A stretch of DNA of 64,000 bases from Massalongia carnosa. Lineage: Eukaryota. Positions within the stretch are counted from its first letter, which is position 1. Every line of letters begins with the position of its first letter. This document shows positions 13,550-27,444 of this stretch, piece by piece. The notes below the pieces were generated by a model. The model was given only the letters and a program-made list of their open reading frames with translations, ran no database searches and was not told the DNA's origin. Both the position numbers and the translations under genes were made by a program. The stretch spans positions 558,001 to 622,000 of the forward strand of contig OZ287074.1 in assembly GCA_965645245.1 (NCBI GenBank). Direction: 5' to 3'.

Positions 13550-13813
13550 GCTTGTTGAAATATTGGTTGTCGTCAATTACCTTAGGTTTCATCGCTTCCG
13601 CTTCATCGTTTTTGCTTCATCGTTTTGCGTGAAGGTTGTGCTATATTTGAGAACACACTTCATCGTACCTGTCGCCTTCTTTTTAGCGCAGGGTCCTCGA
13701 CTTTTTCAAGAACCTCCCCTAGCTTGACAACATCCTTTGGCTATAAAAAGGTCTACTTCTTTTTGGAAAGGCCATTTGTCGGGGCATACTTATCGTCAAT
13801 CGGTTTTCCGCAA

Positions 13814-14184
13814 ATGCCTAGCAATCACGCATCACCGAGGCCATCAAGGAGAGGGAGTGTCATTATATTCGACCCAGAGACGCAAACAGTTTCCACAACG
13901 AAGCTCAAGAGATTTGATAGTACGTGATCCCTATCCGCCAGCCAAGGCAAAACCCAGTTGACCCGTCCTTAGAGAACAGAATCATCAAATCTCAATCGAC
14001 TCCTAAATGGGCAAGTTACGTGGACATCTACATCGGCGAGGAGGAGACAAAACGCTTAGCTGCAACGCTCAACTTAGACAAGTTAGGCTGGGCTACGAAC
14101 GTGAAGCGCATGTGCGGTGGATTCAGTGAGATTTACGTGGTAGAATGCGACAAGAGGACAGCCTCCTTGGTTCAGGCGTCGTGA
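13814..14184 (+). CDS. Small orphan protein, 105 aa, two exons
   Basis: Intron 13920-13972 (GTACGT...TTGAC...TAG) joins two separate ORF-track fragments in frame; 318 nt total. Confidence 0.6.
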
Positions 14185-15659
14185 CCTTAGAGACATGCCA
14201 GAAAATAACGTCTACTATAATGCTGCGGGATAGCATATGCCTCTCTTCAACGTCCCTCCCTCATACCGCTTCACCCCAGCATAAAATACGTTGCATCCTC
14301 GCTACTCGAGGGTCGTCCTCTACCCTTCAACAGACCCTTTACCTTTAATGACGCGGAATAGAATAGCCAGTTTAGCCCCCATTATGATTAAACCTTTTCT
14401 TCATGACACACTCCTTACGCAGCAAGGCTTTACAAGGGATATCTATAGCCTTGACAGTATAATATTATAGCTTCGGCCCATAATCCCCAACCCCCCTCCT
14501 CCCGGAGTTGCATTCTTCAACGTATCATAGTCACAATGGACATTTGGTCTTGACGAGAAGTGAGTGCTTTCGTCTTCAAATTACCAGATGGTTAGTCCAA
14601 GATAGTCCAACACAAGCTGAACATGAATGCCTAACGAAAATCCACAGCAACGAAGACCTCCAGCCACGCTGCCAACGCTATCGCAGAACCCAAAACGAGA
14701 TCCTGCCTTCAACCACCCGCCATCGGCGAAGCCGAACAGAACGCGTTTTGCCACGTTACGTCTTTACGAGGTTCGCCACCAAACTTGGGAAAGCCAAACC
14801 TGCTTTTGTAACCAGAAGGTTTTTAGGAAACAACATCTTGGTTGCGTCCTCAACGAAGGGAAAGCAGCATCGTCCTTGGATACTTTCACCAATCCGGAAA
14901 GGGAGGGACATGGTAGTAGCATGTCTTAGGTTCGTCAAGCCCGCCCAATCCCTTCAGCTCTGGAGAGCTCTGGTCAACGACGAAAAACCGGTTTTGCATC
15001 CAAGTACCTTCTATCTGATTTTCGCACCGCATGATGGGAAGTCGAGCAGCTATTTCATTATTGTAATGTTGCCCTTCAAAGGATAGGTATAACCTCAAGC
15101 GTAAAATAGTTCAGATGTTGGATAATGGGCTAGCGCTTGAGATCTAGGCAGTGAAGTAGAAAAACCAGTGCGATAGTCTGTGTAGGAGTATTTAAGAGTA
15201 CAGAGTAGGGCAGCTAAAAAGAACGTTATGGGACCGGCTTGGCTGTTACTCAGGTTAACATGGACAGAAGCGTGGAATATAGAATCGTTTAGCCTGCAAG
15301 TCGGCCAATCACAAAGATATGTCAATTCCGAACAACCAAACTCCATGGGGTGAAGCGTCTCTTTTCGATAGATGGAATGATTTGCTACGCGCTGGAGAGG
15401 CAGGCACGTGAGAGGCACGAGGTAGGAATTCGGTGATTATATAGTGATTAACACGTGATAACTAAGCTTAGTGTGTGGACGGAGTACGGAGTATCTGGCC
15501 CGGAGATAGCAGTATTATCTTATCTAATCGGCGCGCTCGGACTCAAGTTCCCGCGCTGACGAGCATCCGTAATTTGAAATCGGATCTGTTGGTAAGACCT
15601 ATGTACCATCCATTCAGTTGATGAACGCCGATGAGCTCTGTGGCAATGCTGTGTTGTCA

Positions 15660-17693
15660 ATGTCGTCAACTCAAACAGATGTTCAGAAGACTCCGCTAAA
15701 GCTTCTCAATGGCCACGGCATGTCGAATGAACATGCCAAGGCCAGAATCTTAGAAAAGCTCGACGCAGGCCTTAGGAGTTTAGATCACTGTGAGCTATCT
15801 AGCCTCCGTATCCCTTCGATGCCTGACTTTCGACTGCGTAGACAAGAACAAGCTGCCATTATGGCGCTACAAGCCCCGCCAGAGTCTGATACCTCTGGTG
15901 CGTTGGGAAACGCCTTATCTCGCAACGATGCAAAGATGGATGCGGTCGCCTGCCCTTGACTCCTACTTCTCAATCACCGCTAACCTGGGAACGCACACTT
16001 TTTTCATGGTGGTTCTCCCTATACTTTTCTGGTGTGGATATACAAGCTTGGGCAGAGGGTATGTCCATGAAGCTTCTTGGTCATAGCAGGCCTGATGAAA
16101 GGTAGAATGGTACATATTCTAGCTTCCGGCGTCTTCCTTAGTGGTTTCTTGAAAGATATGCTATGCCTTCCACGCCCGCTTTCGCCCCCGCTCCACAGAA
16201 TTACAATGTCGGATTCGGCCACCCTTGAATATGGCTTTCCTTCAACGCACTCTACGAACGCCGTATCCGTGGCAGTGTATGCAATACTTACCCTGAATTC
16301 ACCCGATTCCAGCGCAACCCCTCAAGTTAAAGTGCTCCTGGAAACTCTCTCATATTGCTATGCCACGTCCATCATGATAGGTAGACTATACTGCGGCATG
16401 CACGGGTTCTTTGACGTTATCATCGGCGCCGTTCTCGGAGCCTTTATTTCTATGATTCAGTGCATGTATGGAGAGGCGTTCGATAAATTAATATATACTG
16501 GCTCGCTCGAGGTACCTTTAGTAATAGCATTGGTCATCCTTGTTATGGTTAGAATTCATCCTGAGCCCGCTGATGACTGCCCATGTTTTGATGGTATTTA
16601 TGAACCCTACCCTTCCCCTCCGGTTGTGGAACAAGTACTAACTCGGGAACACATAGACAGCGTTGCATTCGCAGGTGTTATGATCGGTGTCGAACTTGGT
16701 TATTGGCACTATGCCCGGAGCGGGCTTGCGTGGGATCATCCTGTACCATCCACAGCACCATTCAAGCTTGAGGCTTTAGGTTGGCCAAGAACAATTTTAC
16801 GCATCGTCGTTGGCGTTTTTGTAGTAAATTCGCCCCTAGGCATCATTGGATAGCTCTTTACTGAACCGAACAGGTTTTTGCATGGAGAGAGATGATGAAA
16901 CCAGCTCTCTTAAAATATCTACCGCCCATTTTCCGTGTGGTTGAGAAACTTGGCCTGACTTTACCCAGGCGATTTTTTGTGCAAGCTTCGTAGGTCATCC
17001 CTTCCATATCCTGGTTGATCTTACTGACGAGTGTTAAGAGAATACAAAAAAGTCCCCAATATCCAGGAAGATAACGTTATTCCATCCGTCTCTGAGATAC
17101 CGTCGCTACTTACTACATTTCGACATCCTCGCAGAAGTCGCTCTGTGTCTGTGGGGCCCCAATCACAAGCCGATGCTTATGAAACGCTTGCATTTCGGGA
17201 GAGACGTCGAAGAGAAAGTATTTCTTCCATGATTGAAAAAAGTTCCGTATTCAGGGATAGAAGTAAATCCGAACGATTTGAGAATCCTTTTGGCGCAACA
17301 ACATCTATTAACATCTCGAACGCATATACTCCCGTACTGTCAAGCGAGAATTTATCTCAGCGCTCGATGAGGATAAAAGCCTTGCTTTATAAACCCCTGA
17401 CCTCAGGAGAAGCCTTAATCACCAACGGGACTATCAATCGCCGTCTTAGTGACGATAGGAGACAATACGAAAAGGAAAATAAAGAGATGTTCTCCAAGCT
17501 TGAAAAGCCGCGCGTTCGCTACGACGTTGAAGTCATAACGAAACTTATCGTCTACTCTGGTACGGTTTGACTGTGAATCTGTGTTCATACTATCACTGAC
17601 TCATCTGTGAAAGGAATTGCATGGATCGCCGTCGAAGGAAATCCTATCCTCTTTGAACTCATTGGGCTTGGCCTTGGGAAACAGGCCGGTTGA
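15660..17693 (+). CDS. LCB3: Dihydrosphingosine-1-phosphate phosphatase (PAP2 family, Lcb3/Ysr3-like)
   Basis: KDMLCLPRP, EYGFPSTH, GRLYCGMH, RIHPEPADDCPCF, RYDVEVITKLIVY; multiple introns. Confidence 0.92.
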
Positions 17694-19010
17694 CAGTGTC
17701 GCGCACACGCAGGGCTTAGCTTATCGTTCAACTTCATTCCTTCAGGAGAACGCGCGTCTGTCGCTACTGAGTATCCCAGTATCCTTTGCCGAAACTTGAA
17801 AATGCTCGAACCATTAAACGTAAGGATGCTACCTCCAAAAAAGCTCCCGGTGCACATGGGAGGTGCTTCATTTAGAGGAGAAAGTGTGGACGGGATTATT
17901 CCCTGCATGATCTTCGAAATGCGTAAACCCTGGTCAAATAACTGTTGGCAAAAATGGACGGGCGGGGACAAAGATTCCAAATTCAAAGACTAACCGCTTT
18001 AAGGCCGGTATCTATCACCGGCTAAGCAGAGGGCAGAACTTCGAAAGCTTGAGCGCGGATTTTCGTGACATCTCACAAACTCGCTTGCAGTCAATTCTCT
18101 ACCTGTTGCACGTCAAGTCTAGAACGCTGAAGCATACGGGTTTTCTCTAATGAAAAAATTCTAGTTTTTTTCACTTCAAAGTGGTTCTTGTAATGCAGTT
18201 TGACAAAAAGCAGCCGCCTGATCAACAATCATTGTAGGATCTTCTGTCTCCGCTGGTTGTCACGCAGACAATGGAGGGGCACTTCCAAGCCCTGCCGCCA
18301 CTTTGCACTTTGCATTGACGGTTACCGCTCATTGCTGTCCGCTCGTGACGATGAAGTTCCAGGCAGGGCCTCTGGGACAGCATGGCCATGAACCGCCGAT
18401 GCTTGGTATCAAACTTTGTAGGTCAGAACGAACATCCCCTGAAGGATTTCAATTTGTTTCATGAATCACATTTTCATTGGTCTGACCTCTGTTTTAATTG
18501 CGCGTTCCCTGCATCTTTGGCCGTTTGGCTTTGGCGGAGAGGCCTTGGCGACTCCTCAGAACGCCAAATCGTTCCGAGCCGCCTCTTTACGTTTCATCCT
18601 CGAGAACACGTTCCCGTGCCGCGCTGGAACATTACCTACGCTTTGGAGTACTCAATCCCACTCCTTCGCTCTGGGCTCGCATGTTGTTTTAGGTTCAAGA
18701 CTAGTGTTACTACACAATCCTGCCGCGTGCCAGTTGCTTCAGCAAGCACAGAAACAATGGACGTTGTCTCTCCGATGTGAAGGCTGCTGTGGGCCATCAT
18801 GTGTGCTCCAGGCCGGTGTATCCCGAAAGATGCATGCCGTCTTCTGATGAGATGTTCTTGGCTTCGGCGGTTTCATACTCATATGGAACTTTCACTTAAG
18901 TATATGGAATCACCCCAAAATTTTTTCTGGAACGTTGCTTGCATCCTGAAGTAATCAACGTTAAAGTTTTCCGTTTTCTTTGGTGTTCTGACCAGCGTCG
19001 CCCGCAAATC

Positions 19011-21847
19011 ATGAAGACTCCAACGCTTTGTGCTTTTGCAGCAGCAGCTTTGTTGTTCAGTAGCAGTGATGCTCTTGCATCCCGAGGGAAGAAAAGCCGT
19101 GCTCCCACTGTGCTTGGGTTTCCCATTCGCCGTGCGGAGACCCATTCTCTGCAGCGAAGGGCACCAATTAATCAACCAACCAAGAATCTTGTAAGCTTTC
19201 AACCTGCTGTTTTGCGCTTCCAGAAACTAACTTGGTAATGTAGAATAACCGTTGGGTGATTGATCTCGAACTTGGCACCCCCCAAAGTGGCGGTAAATCT
19301 CAAAAGATCAGCCTAGCCCTTGACACCACCAACTCCGACATCTGGGTAAACTCGGTCACGTCCGACTTTTGTAAAAGCCAGGAAGATGTCTGCAGTGCTG
19401 TGGGCGCGTATGATCCTACGGCTTCAACTACCCAGCATTTGATCAGCTCCGATTTTTCTGCCGACTCTGGCAATGGAGCAACTGTGAGTGGCGAGTATCG
19501 CACTGAGACCTTCCGTTTCGGTGACGGCCAGTCCGTAAATAATGTCCCATTTGGCCTTGCCCTTAAGTCCAACGTAGGAGAGGGTGTATTTGGTCTAGGT
19601 TACCCAGCCTCGCAAGGAACTTCAGATGCCAACAGGGCCGCTAGTTCATCCTTTCTCGATCTTCTTGTGCAAGCTACCACGATCAACACCAAGGCTTTCA
19701 GCCTATGGTTGGAAGGTGATAACCAGGGCCATATTATTTTCGGAGGAGTCGATACCGAAAAATATTCTGGGAATCTAACACCCATTCCCATTGTGCAGAA
19801 CGGGGACAATCATGGCAGTTTCGGTGTTAAGCTCACCGGGGTCGACTCTTCAAGTGGGAGCGATGCTCCAAAGGCTCTACCTTCCACTCCGGAGGGGTTT
19901 TCTGCAAGCGTGGCGGTGGATATTGGATCCGCTGATACCTATCTACCGGCAGAAGTTGTTAAAGATATTGTCACCGCTGCAAAGGCCACTCCCCTTAACG
20001 GCAATAATAATGATAAGCTTGGGGTTAACTGCAAGCTCGACCTGACTTTAACCTTTATCTTCGGCGACGGCAAGATCAAAACCCCAATATCTACATTCCT
20101 CACGCCGACGAATGAGAAGAAAAACGGCGGCGACCTGTGTCTCCTGAATCTTCCTGCCAACAAACAAGGAGGTTACGTTTTGGGCGACAACTTCCTTGCT
20201 AGCGTCTATACGGTCTACGACTTGAGTACCAATCAAATCGCCATGGCGCCCCTCAAGGTTGGTTCAACCGGCAGTAATATTGTTGAGCTAGGCAAAGCCA
20301 GAGCGGGCGCTAACAAGGGATCGTCCTCTGACCCCACTGGCACTGGAAGTACAGGAACTACAGGAGCTACGAGGACTACAGGGACTACAGGAGCTACAGG
20401 GACTACAGGAGCTACAGGGACTACAGGGGCTACAGACACTACAGGGACTGCAGACACTACAGGAAGCGCTACCAATAGCAATTCAGGACAGGATCCAAAC
20501 GCAGGTGGGACGAATGGAGCTTCCTCAAACACTCAAACAACAGGCAGCTCAAATCCGGCGTCTACAGCTTCACAACAAATTCCAGCCACCGTGGACACCG
20601 CAGAAAAACAGGGGGTATATGCTAGCTTGACCGACGCCCAAAAAACCCGCTTCAACGGCTTAACTTCCGACCAACAAGTGCAAGTTTTGACCTCTTTGCT
20701 GCAACGACAAGCCGGGGGATCTCAAAGCACAACTTCCTTATCCCGTACCCAACAACAAGCAATATACGACAATTTAAGCCCTGAACTAAAACAAGCATAT
20801 GCCAACCAGCCTGATGCAGCATCAAAATTGCAATTTCTCATGCAATACCAAGGTCAAGCGACATCAGACTCATCCAGCACGACCGCTGCAGAACGAGAAG
20901 CATACCTTGAGCAACAACAATACGGTTACCCCTCCGGAACCGGTTTAGGAAGCATATTAAACAATCCATCCATTATCAACACCGCCTTAAGCGGTATCTT
21001 CAGCCTCTTCCACAGCCCAACTTCGCGCTATCCCCTCACCGGATACACACGGCAAAGTGCAGGCAGTACGTACACACAGCAACGCCCAGACTCATCAGGA
21101 AGCACTCAGCAAACTTCCGGCGGCACCCAGAATGCCCAGGACACGGCGAACAACCCGTCCTCGGACACGCCCAATCCCTCCTACTCTACCACCCTCAGCG
21201 GTCTCCCCACCGCTGACACCAGCCCCAGCAACGAAATCATAGCCTCTACTTTCTTCCCAACCACTGGCTCTTCCTCCGATAAGGTATCTTTGTCTATGAT
21301 ACCGGGCCTGAACCCGAGCGCTGGTGTCGCTTCGGCTTCTACCACCGGAGGGACCACAGGCACCCCCGCCGGAGAGACCGGAAACACTGCCACCGGAGGG
21401 ACCACAGGCGCCCCTACCGGAGGGAATACCGTTACTGGAGAGACTGGAAACGCTGCCACCGGAGGGACTACAGTCGCCCCCACCAGAGGGAACACCGCTA
21501 CTGGAGAGACCGGAAACACCGCCACCGGAGCGACAGAAAATACAGCCATCAAACCCGACCCCGGAGCCAAGGTCGAAACAGCTCTTCTTCCCGACCTCAA
21601 CACCGGCTCCACCTCATCCAGCGACTCGACCGCGCCGGCCTCCAACCTCCTGGCCTCCAGCGACCCCACTTCGCTCGGTTCTTCCTCCACAATTCTGAGC
21701 GATTCCGGGACCGGGCCAACCGATACGACGACGCAGCCGAATATCCCGATTGATTATAACGACTATTCGTTCCAGGGGGGCAATTTTGGGGATTTCGGCG
21801 GGGGGGGGGACAAGCGGCGGCGCAGGAGGAGGAGAAATCGAGAGTAG
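19011..21847 (+). CDS. Secreted pepsin/yapsin-like aspartic protease with atypical active site and long low-complexity tail
   Basis: Signal peptide MKTPTLCAFAAAALLF, intron 19191-19243, LGTP, LDTTNSDIWV, GVFGLG, FSLWL, IIFGGVD, VDIGSADTYLP, VLGDNFL, YTVYDL. Confidence 0.85.
20326..20464 (+). repeat. Coding 9-nt minisatellite encoding (T-G-A/T)n
   Basis: ACAGGRRCT-type units in the protease tail. Confidence 0.85.
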
Positions 21848-23895
21848 GTTAGTTGTGGAGTTGAGGGGGAAGAAAACTTCTGGTTCCATCTAAATTTCTT
21901 GGTCTTTTTTTGGGAGGGAAATGGAAGGGGATTTCTCGGGCCTATGGCATGCATATGTATATGCCAACACACCCATACCCCCACATTCATATATCATATA
22001 ATCCTCAATAACGACATACCAAACCCATCTTTTCTGCTGCATCATCACCTTCACGGGTCCTGGCTCTCACCTCCTGCTAGCTTACTCCTTGCTTGTCCCG
22101 ATCCTGGCTATTCTTTTTGGGGGGGGGGGGCTGCCGTAAAAATGGTTGTAGGTAGCATAACACTCTGTCTGGGAATGGCTGGCTGGCGATGCTACTGACC
22201 TAGCATCGGGCAGGCTGGCTTCCGGAAGCGGGATCGTTAAGACCTATCTCGGTATGAGAGTGATTGGGAAGGGAGGAGAAGGGGGGTGGGATGGTTCATG
22301 TTGGTTGCTGTCCGGCTAGGCTTTCTTCAACGGTTGCATGGTTTTTTTTTTCCCGTTAAACTCTACTAATCTATATACCATCTATATACCTTCATGATTC
22401 GTCTTTCTTGTTTGCAGATACAAGTCAGGATGAAAAACAGGCATTAACGCTGACGAACAGATACCTATGACTTGTTGTCATAACTGATAAAGATATAACT
22501 CAGTGGTAATCTGTCATCGGCTAGACTATATGAGTAAAAGTAAGTCCAGCAGCATTGGAACGGATTAGGGTAGTTCGGTTTTACCGTGACATCATATGGA
22601 GTTGTACGCATTAATGCATCACTCTGCATTCTCAAGCCTTTTCATTGATGCTTTCCGTATCCCGTATCAGGTGATGATTAATCAACGAAGAAGAGCTGAA
22701 ACAAATTTTTTTTTTACAAGAAACCAAATATTGAGAGAGTGGATAAAATCCGTTGTCTTTTGTTTTTTTTTTTAAAAAAAAAACATGAATCTCAGTACTC
22801 TTGGTTCAGGTTGAGAAATGCACGAAGATGCGAATTCGTGAGCCAAACCCCAGTTTGTCCGTCTTTTCGGCATTTCGCCTTTCAAGTGAACTCGAGGGAA
22901 GGCAGCTTGCAACCCGAGTGCCGACCCCAATACGCTAACTTTGACTCTAGGCAGATTCCACGCGAGACCACTGTGCCTTGGCGGATAGGTCGGAATATCG
23001 ATCCCTAGGAAAGCCAGTTGCAGCAAACCGATACGACCCTGGAGATTTTAGAAAAACATCAACGGGAATCCTGCAAATATGCATGACGTATAAAAATGTC
23101 AAACAATCGAGGTTGAGATATGAGGCTAGACACGACGAGGTTTTAGAAATGCCCCATTCGTCCGTTTATTCCGAAAGTGGGTTGGCAATAAGTGCTCGAT
23201 AGGGCTATCCTAAACCTTGCTTCGATTAACTCAAACGTACTTGGCGCCTGCATCTCAATACCATTCGGTTTGATAGCTTTGTCAAGTCACAAACAGGTCT
23301 GAGTGCACACTCGGAACGACTAAAGAGCGGAACTGATGATACGGTGCTATCTGATTGTAAAGGTCTTCCATGGAATGGAGGTTTGATGAAGAGTCATACT
23401 ATTGAGGATTAGAAGGCTCGTGTGTTGAAAGGGGCATGCGGGTCATAGCGGCAAAACGTAGCGCGGGACGGGAACAACTGGCTCCTTTTTTTCACTTCCT
23501 TGGGAAAATCAAAACTGTGTTACAAAACTAAGTACTTTTCTTGACGGCTGAATCGACCGGAAGGAAACCCTTGCTTTGCCGTGCCGCGAGAAAGTCCGAG
23601 GAGTGTTTACAGAGCACATTCCAGCCCCCTACCATGAGACCTTGGGTGATTTCTGTTATCTGATAGGAGATGCTCCGCTCAGTTGAGTGCCGAGATTACC
23701 TCGTTGATATGCGAGCTTGTTCCCTTCAATGACTTGTGCTTGATACCCTAATGGCACCGAACGCATGGTCGATTCACGTACACATCAGGTGAATCGATAA
23801 CCTGCTGCTTTGATTTTGGCGTTCACAAAACTTCGAACACCTCAGTGCAAACTCATTTCAGAACCACAGTCTGTCTTTACTTCGTGCGGATCAAG

Positions 23896-24554
23896 ATGGT
23901 TCTTGCGTCAATAATTCTCTTCTTATGTGTTCCCAGTATCCCGATAGGCTTCGCCGAACACGCCGACCTCCCGGCATTGCCTGCACCCATTGGCTGCAAA
24001 TCGATAGCGTAGGTGAACTGAGACTCCAGCATAAAGCACGCTCACGCTCATCGTTCCTTCTCGCAGTGGATTCGACAAATGCGTAAAACCTGCAGCTAAT
24101 GCCTTGCTGTGCGACGAGAGTGATATTCCATGTATATGCTCTGGATATAAGATCAACCGCGCGTAAGTCGCAACTCGTCTACCTGCCATCAACCAGCGCT
24201 TGGAACTTGTTCTGACGAGAACCATCTTCTCACAGGTGCTGGACGACGTATTGTCCCGGCAGAGCGTGGGATTACGAAGATCGAGGTACTACCTGCGATC
24301 CTATAGGAACTGCAGCACCAGCGGGGCCCACCCCGGCTGGCGCTGGCAAACCAGCTCATGTCGTTGTGACCCCGACCAACGCAGCTACGGCCAAAACAAA
24401 CACTCCGGAGAGTCCAGCTGCTTCAAAAATTGGGTCTGGAACTCTTGCGGTCTCCGGTAAGCCCAACGTAGGTGGGCGTATGAGCCCTATCAGTTCGAAA
24501 GGTCTGATGATTATGGCTGCTGCCGGCTTGAACGTTTTCTTACACCTCAGATGA
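23896..24554 (+). CDS. Secreted 8-cysteine CFEM-like, probably GPI-anchored protein, 175 aa
   Basis: Exons 23896-24008, 24067-24162 and 24236-24554 with GT-AG introns splice in frame; signal peptide, C-x8-C-x9-C-x3-D-x2-CxC-x8-C-x4-C-x13-C, P/T/A stalk, hydrophobic C-terminus. Confidence 0.82.
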
Positions 24555-25297
24555 TGAAAATCTCTCGCAGAGGAACATGATGTTGGTGGTTGTATTTGCG
24601 TCGCTAAAGATTTGAGGCGTTCTATGATCATCTTATACGGGGGGTGTATCAAATCTGTGGCCTTGAGAACTCAAAGATTCTCAATGTTTCCTTTCACAAA
24701 TGCTGGATGACGAGCTGATTATGGCGATTTCTTCACATACTTCTTGGTTGGATTGCTCATTCTCATGTGATCGACGTTAAGGTATTCCATAAGTAAATGA
24801 ATCCTTTATGAGAGCCAACCCAAGTCGAACAGGTGATAACGCGCTAACCAGCCTCACAAGCACTAGGAAGCGTAGAAGCTTCATTGAGTAATGTTAACCG
24901 AGATCTGCGCCAACCGTTAACTTTGGTCCCTGCAGATATGCGTCATTTGTGTTTCCAACCATTCTTCACACCATCGAATGTTTGATCTCATTCGTGATCG
25001 TATCTGTTCTTAGAGGAGGCTTCATCAAATACCCGAGCATCTACTGCTACTTCTTCGTCCTAGAGAGTGCGCGGTGGAATGAAAATACTGCCACCATCCT
25101 GAGCTAGGTGCCGAGGTACAAGTTATTTAGGTTCTATCTGGTTCTGCCAATGTACTTTCAGGACATAAATAAAGGTACCTTCTCTCGGGAAAGGATATTG
25201 ACTGCTCGATTTTCAAATGACTGACTTTAACCATACAGCCAAGCAAGTCTTGACAAGACGAGCGTACTAATAGGCAAGCGGGCTACAGCGTTTTGCT

Positions 25298-27104
25298 ATG
25301 GCAGACTACTACCATGACGATGATGGGTACTCTCATGAAGAATATCTTTATTCGGAACATGGCCCGAATTATCGGGAGCCAAAACCCTTCCAATCGGTAG
25401 GCGATCAGATTGCCCGCTTGAATCTTAAAGGCGGCGAGGAATCTTCCCACGATGATGGTGTAGACGAAGATGACGGAGAAAACGAGCTCAAGCTTGTGGA
25501 AGAGATCGAGAGTTTGTGTATGAAATGTGGAGAGAATGTACGTTTTTTGCCGTGGCCTTCCTTTATTTATGAACACTACTGAGGGAAAGATATTGATCTA
25601 GGGCATTACCAAACTTCTCCTAATTAAAATCCCTTTCTTTCGCGAGATCATTCTGATGTCTTTCTACTGCGAAAACTGTCACTTCAGTAACACGGAAGTT
25701 CAATCGGCGATGCAAATCCAAGAGAAAGGGGCTATATACACTCTTAAAATGGATCATCTAGATGACATGGAACGGCAAGTGGTAAAAAGCGATACCGCAG
25801 TGTTCCGCGTTGAAGACTTAGACATAGAGATGCCAGCAGGGATTGGCAAGCTTACGAATGTTGAAGGTCTGTTGGCAGAGGTATTGAAAGATCTAGAATA
25901 CGGCCAGAAAAAGAGACTACGGGAAAACCCCGAGCTGCATGACAAAATCGAAGCTATTGTGCAGCCTCTAATCAAGATGATGCTTGGCACAAAATACCCC
26001 TTTACTATTACCCTCGATGACCCAGCCGGTAACTCATGGATTGAACCATCGCCAGAATATTCGGAGAAAAAGTATATTCGCAAGGAGTATGCTAGAACAC
26101 CGGAGCAAAATGCTAATCTCGGCTTGAGTGGAGAATCCGATGGCCAAGATACAAAACAGGTGCCTACAGAGATTCCTGAAGAGAAGGCCTCGGGCGAATT
26201 TAATAAAATGGCAGAAGCAACACTCAAGTATCCTGAACAAACGCTCATCGATCTTACGGATGATGATGGTAATTTTCGTGGTGAATTCAACACCGCGGAT
26301 GGGCTAGAAATCACTAATGGGATATCGTGCAGCGTGCCTTGCACATGTCCTGGCTGCTCGAAGGATGCTCACATGAATCTACAAATGTTAAAAATTCCGT
26401 ATTTCAAGGAAGTCCTTGTTTCCGCCGTTGTCTGCTCAGAATGTGGCTACAAAACAAATGACGTCAAAACTGGTGGTGCTATCCCCGATAAAGGTAAACG
26501 GATCTGGCTGGATGTTAAGGAGCCGAGGGATCTCCATCGTGATATTCTTAAATCGGAGACGTGCATGTTGACTATTCCGACCCTCAGAGTTGAAGTGGTC
26601 CCTGGAACCATGGGTGGACGATTTACAACAGTCGAAGGGCTTTTAGTGCAGATACGTCATGACCTGCATGGCTCTATCTTTGATATGGAAGATGTTGCGG
26701 GATCTGGAGGCGATTCAATGCCCGGCCATAACAAGGCGGCTTGGACCGAGTTTTTTGCGAGACTGGACCAAGCTATTAAAGGCGAACTAGCTTATACAAT
26801 TTTAATGGAAGATCCACTCGCGAATAGCTATGTCCAGAGCTTCCATGCCCCTGATCCCGACCCCCAGCTCACTAGCGAAGAGTACGAACGAACTGCAGAG
26901 GAAGAGGTTGAATTGGGTATTGCAGATATGAAGACACATCGAAACGCTGATGGGGAGTATGTTAAGGAGGTTAAAGAAGCTACTAAAGAAACGGAGACCG
27001 TTAAGGAGATTACCAAGGAACCGGAGAAGGACATTGAAGACACTCCCAAGGAAACAGAGAAGGACGCTCAAGAAGCTTCTGGTGAATTGGTGGAGGAGCT
27101 GTAG
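25298..27104 (+). CDS. ZPR1: Zinc finger protein Zpr1
   Basis: IESLCMKCGEN | intron | IPFFREIILMSFYCENC, LDDPAGNS, second ZPR1 finger CPGC...CSEC, GRFTTVEG. Confidence 0.96.
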
Positions 27105-27444
27105 CTTGCAGCGGTAACCTAGACAACGGAACGGACAATGGCCAGGAGCCGTAAAGGTTATGATACTGAAAGGGAGGTTGAAGGTTGGACGATAGCTTCC
27201 CAGACATCATATGCAACTCTATGTTGACCAGCCATAGGGCATCATCATAAATTCCAATCGCATACGCGATAATCGGGCGATCCTTAGGCTAGGTTTGAGA
27301 ACGAACATCATGTTATTCGACAAAGACACGGTGTGGTACAAGACACGTGCTACTTGATGATGCCTTTGCGCCACTACGCATGGACATAGCATCTACAATA
27401 GCTTTATCTAGCATAACTTCTTTGCACTCGCTCTTTGGATTTCA

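Noticed and set aside
14508..15086. 192-aa ORF with nearby splice-like signals
   Set aside because: Non-ATG start, no recognisable domain, and several incompatible splice models
20326..21540. Repeat arrays that might suggest CRISPR
   Set aside because: In-frame coding minisatellites without unique spacers, in a eukaryotic gene
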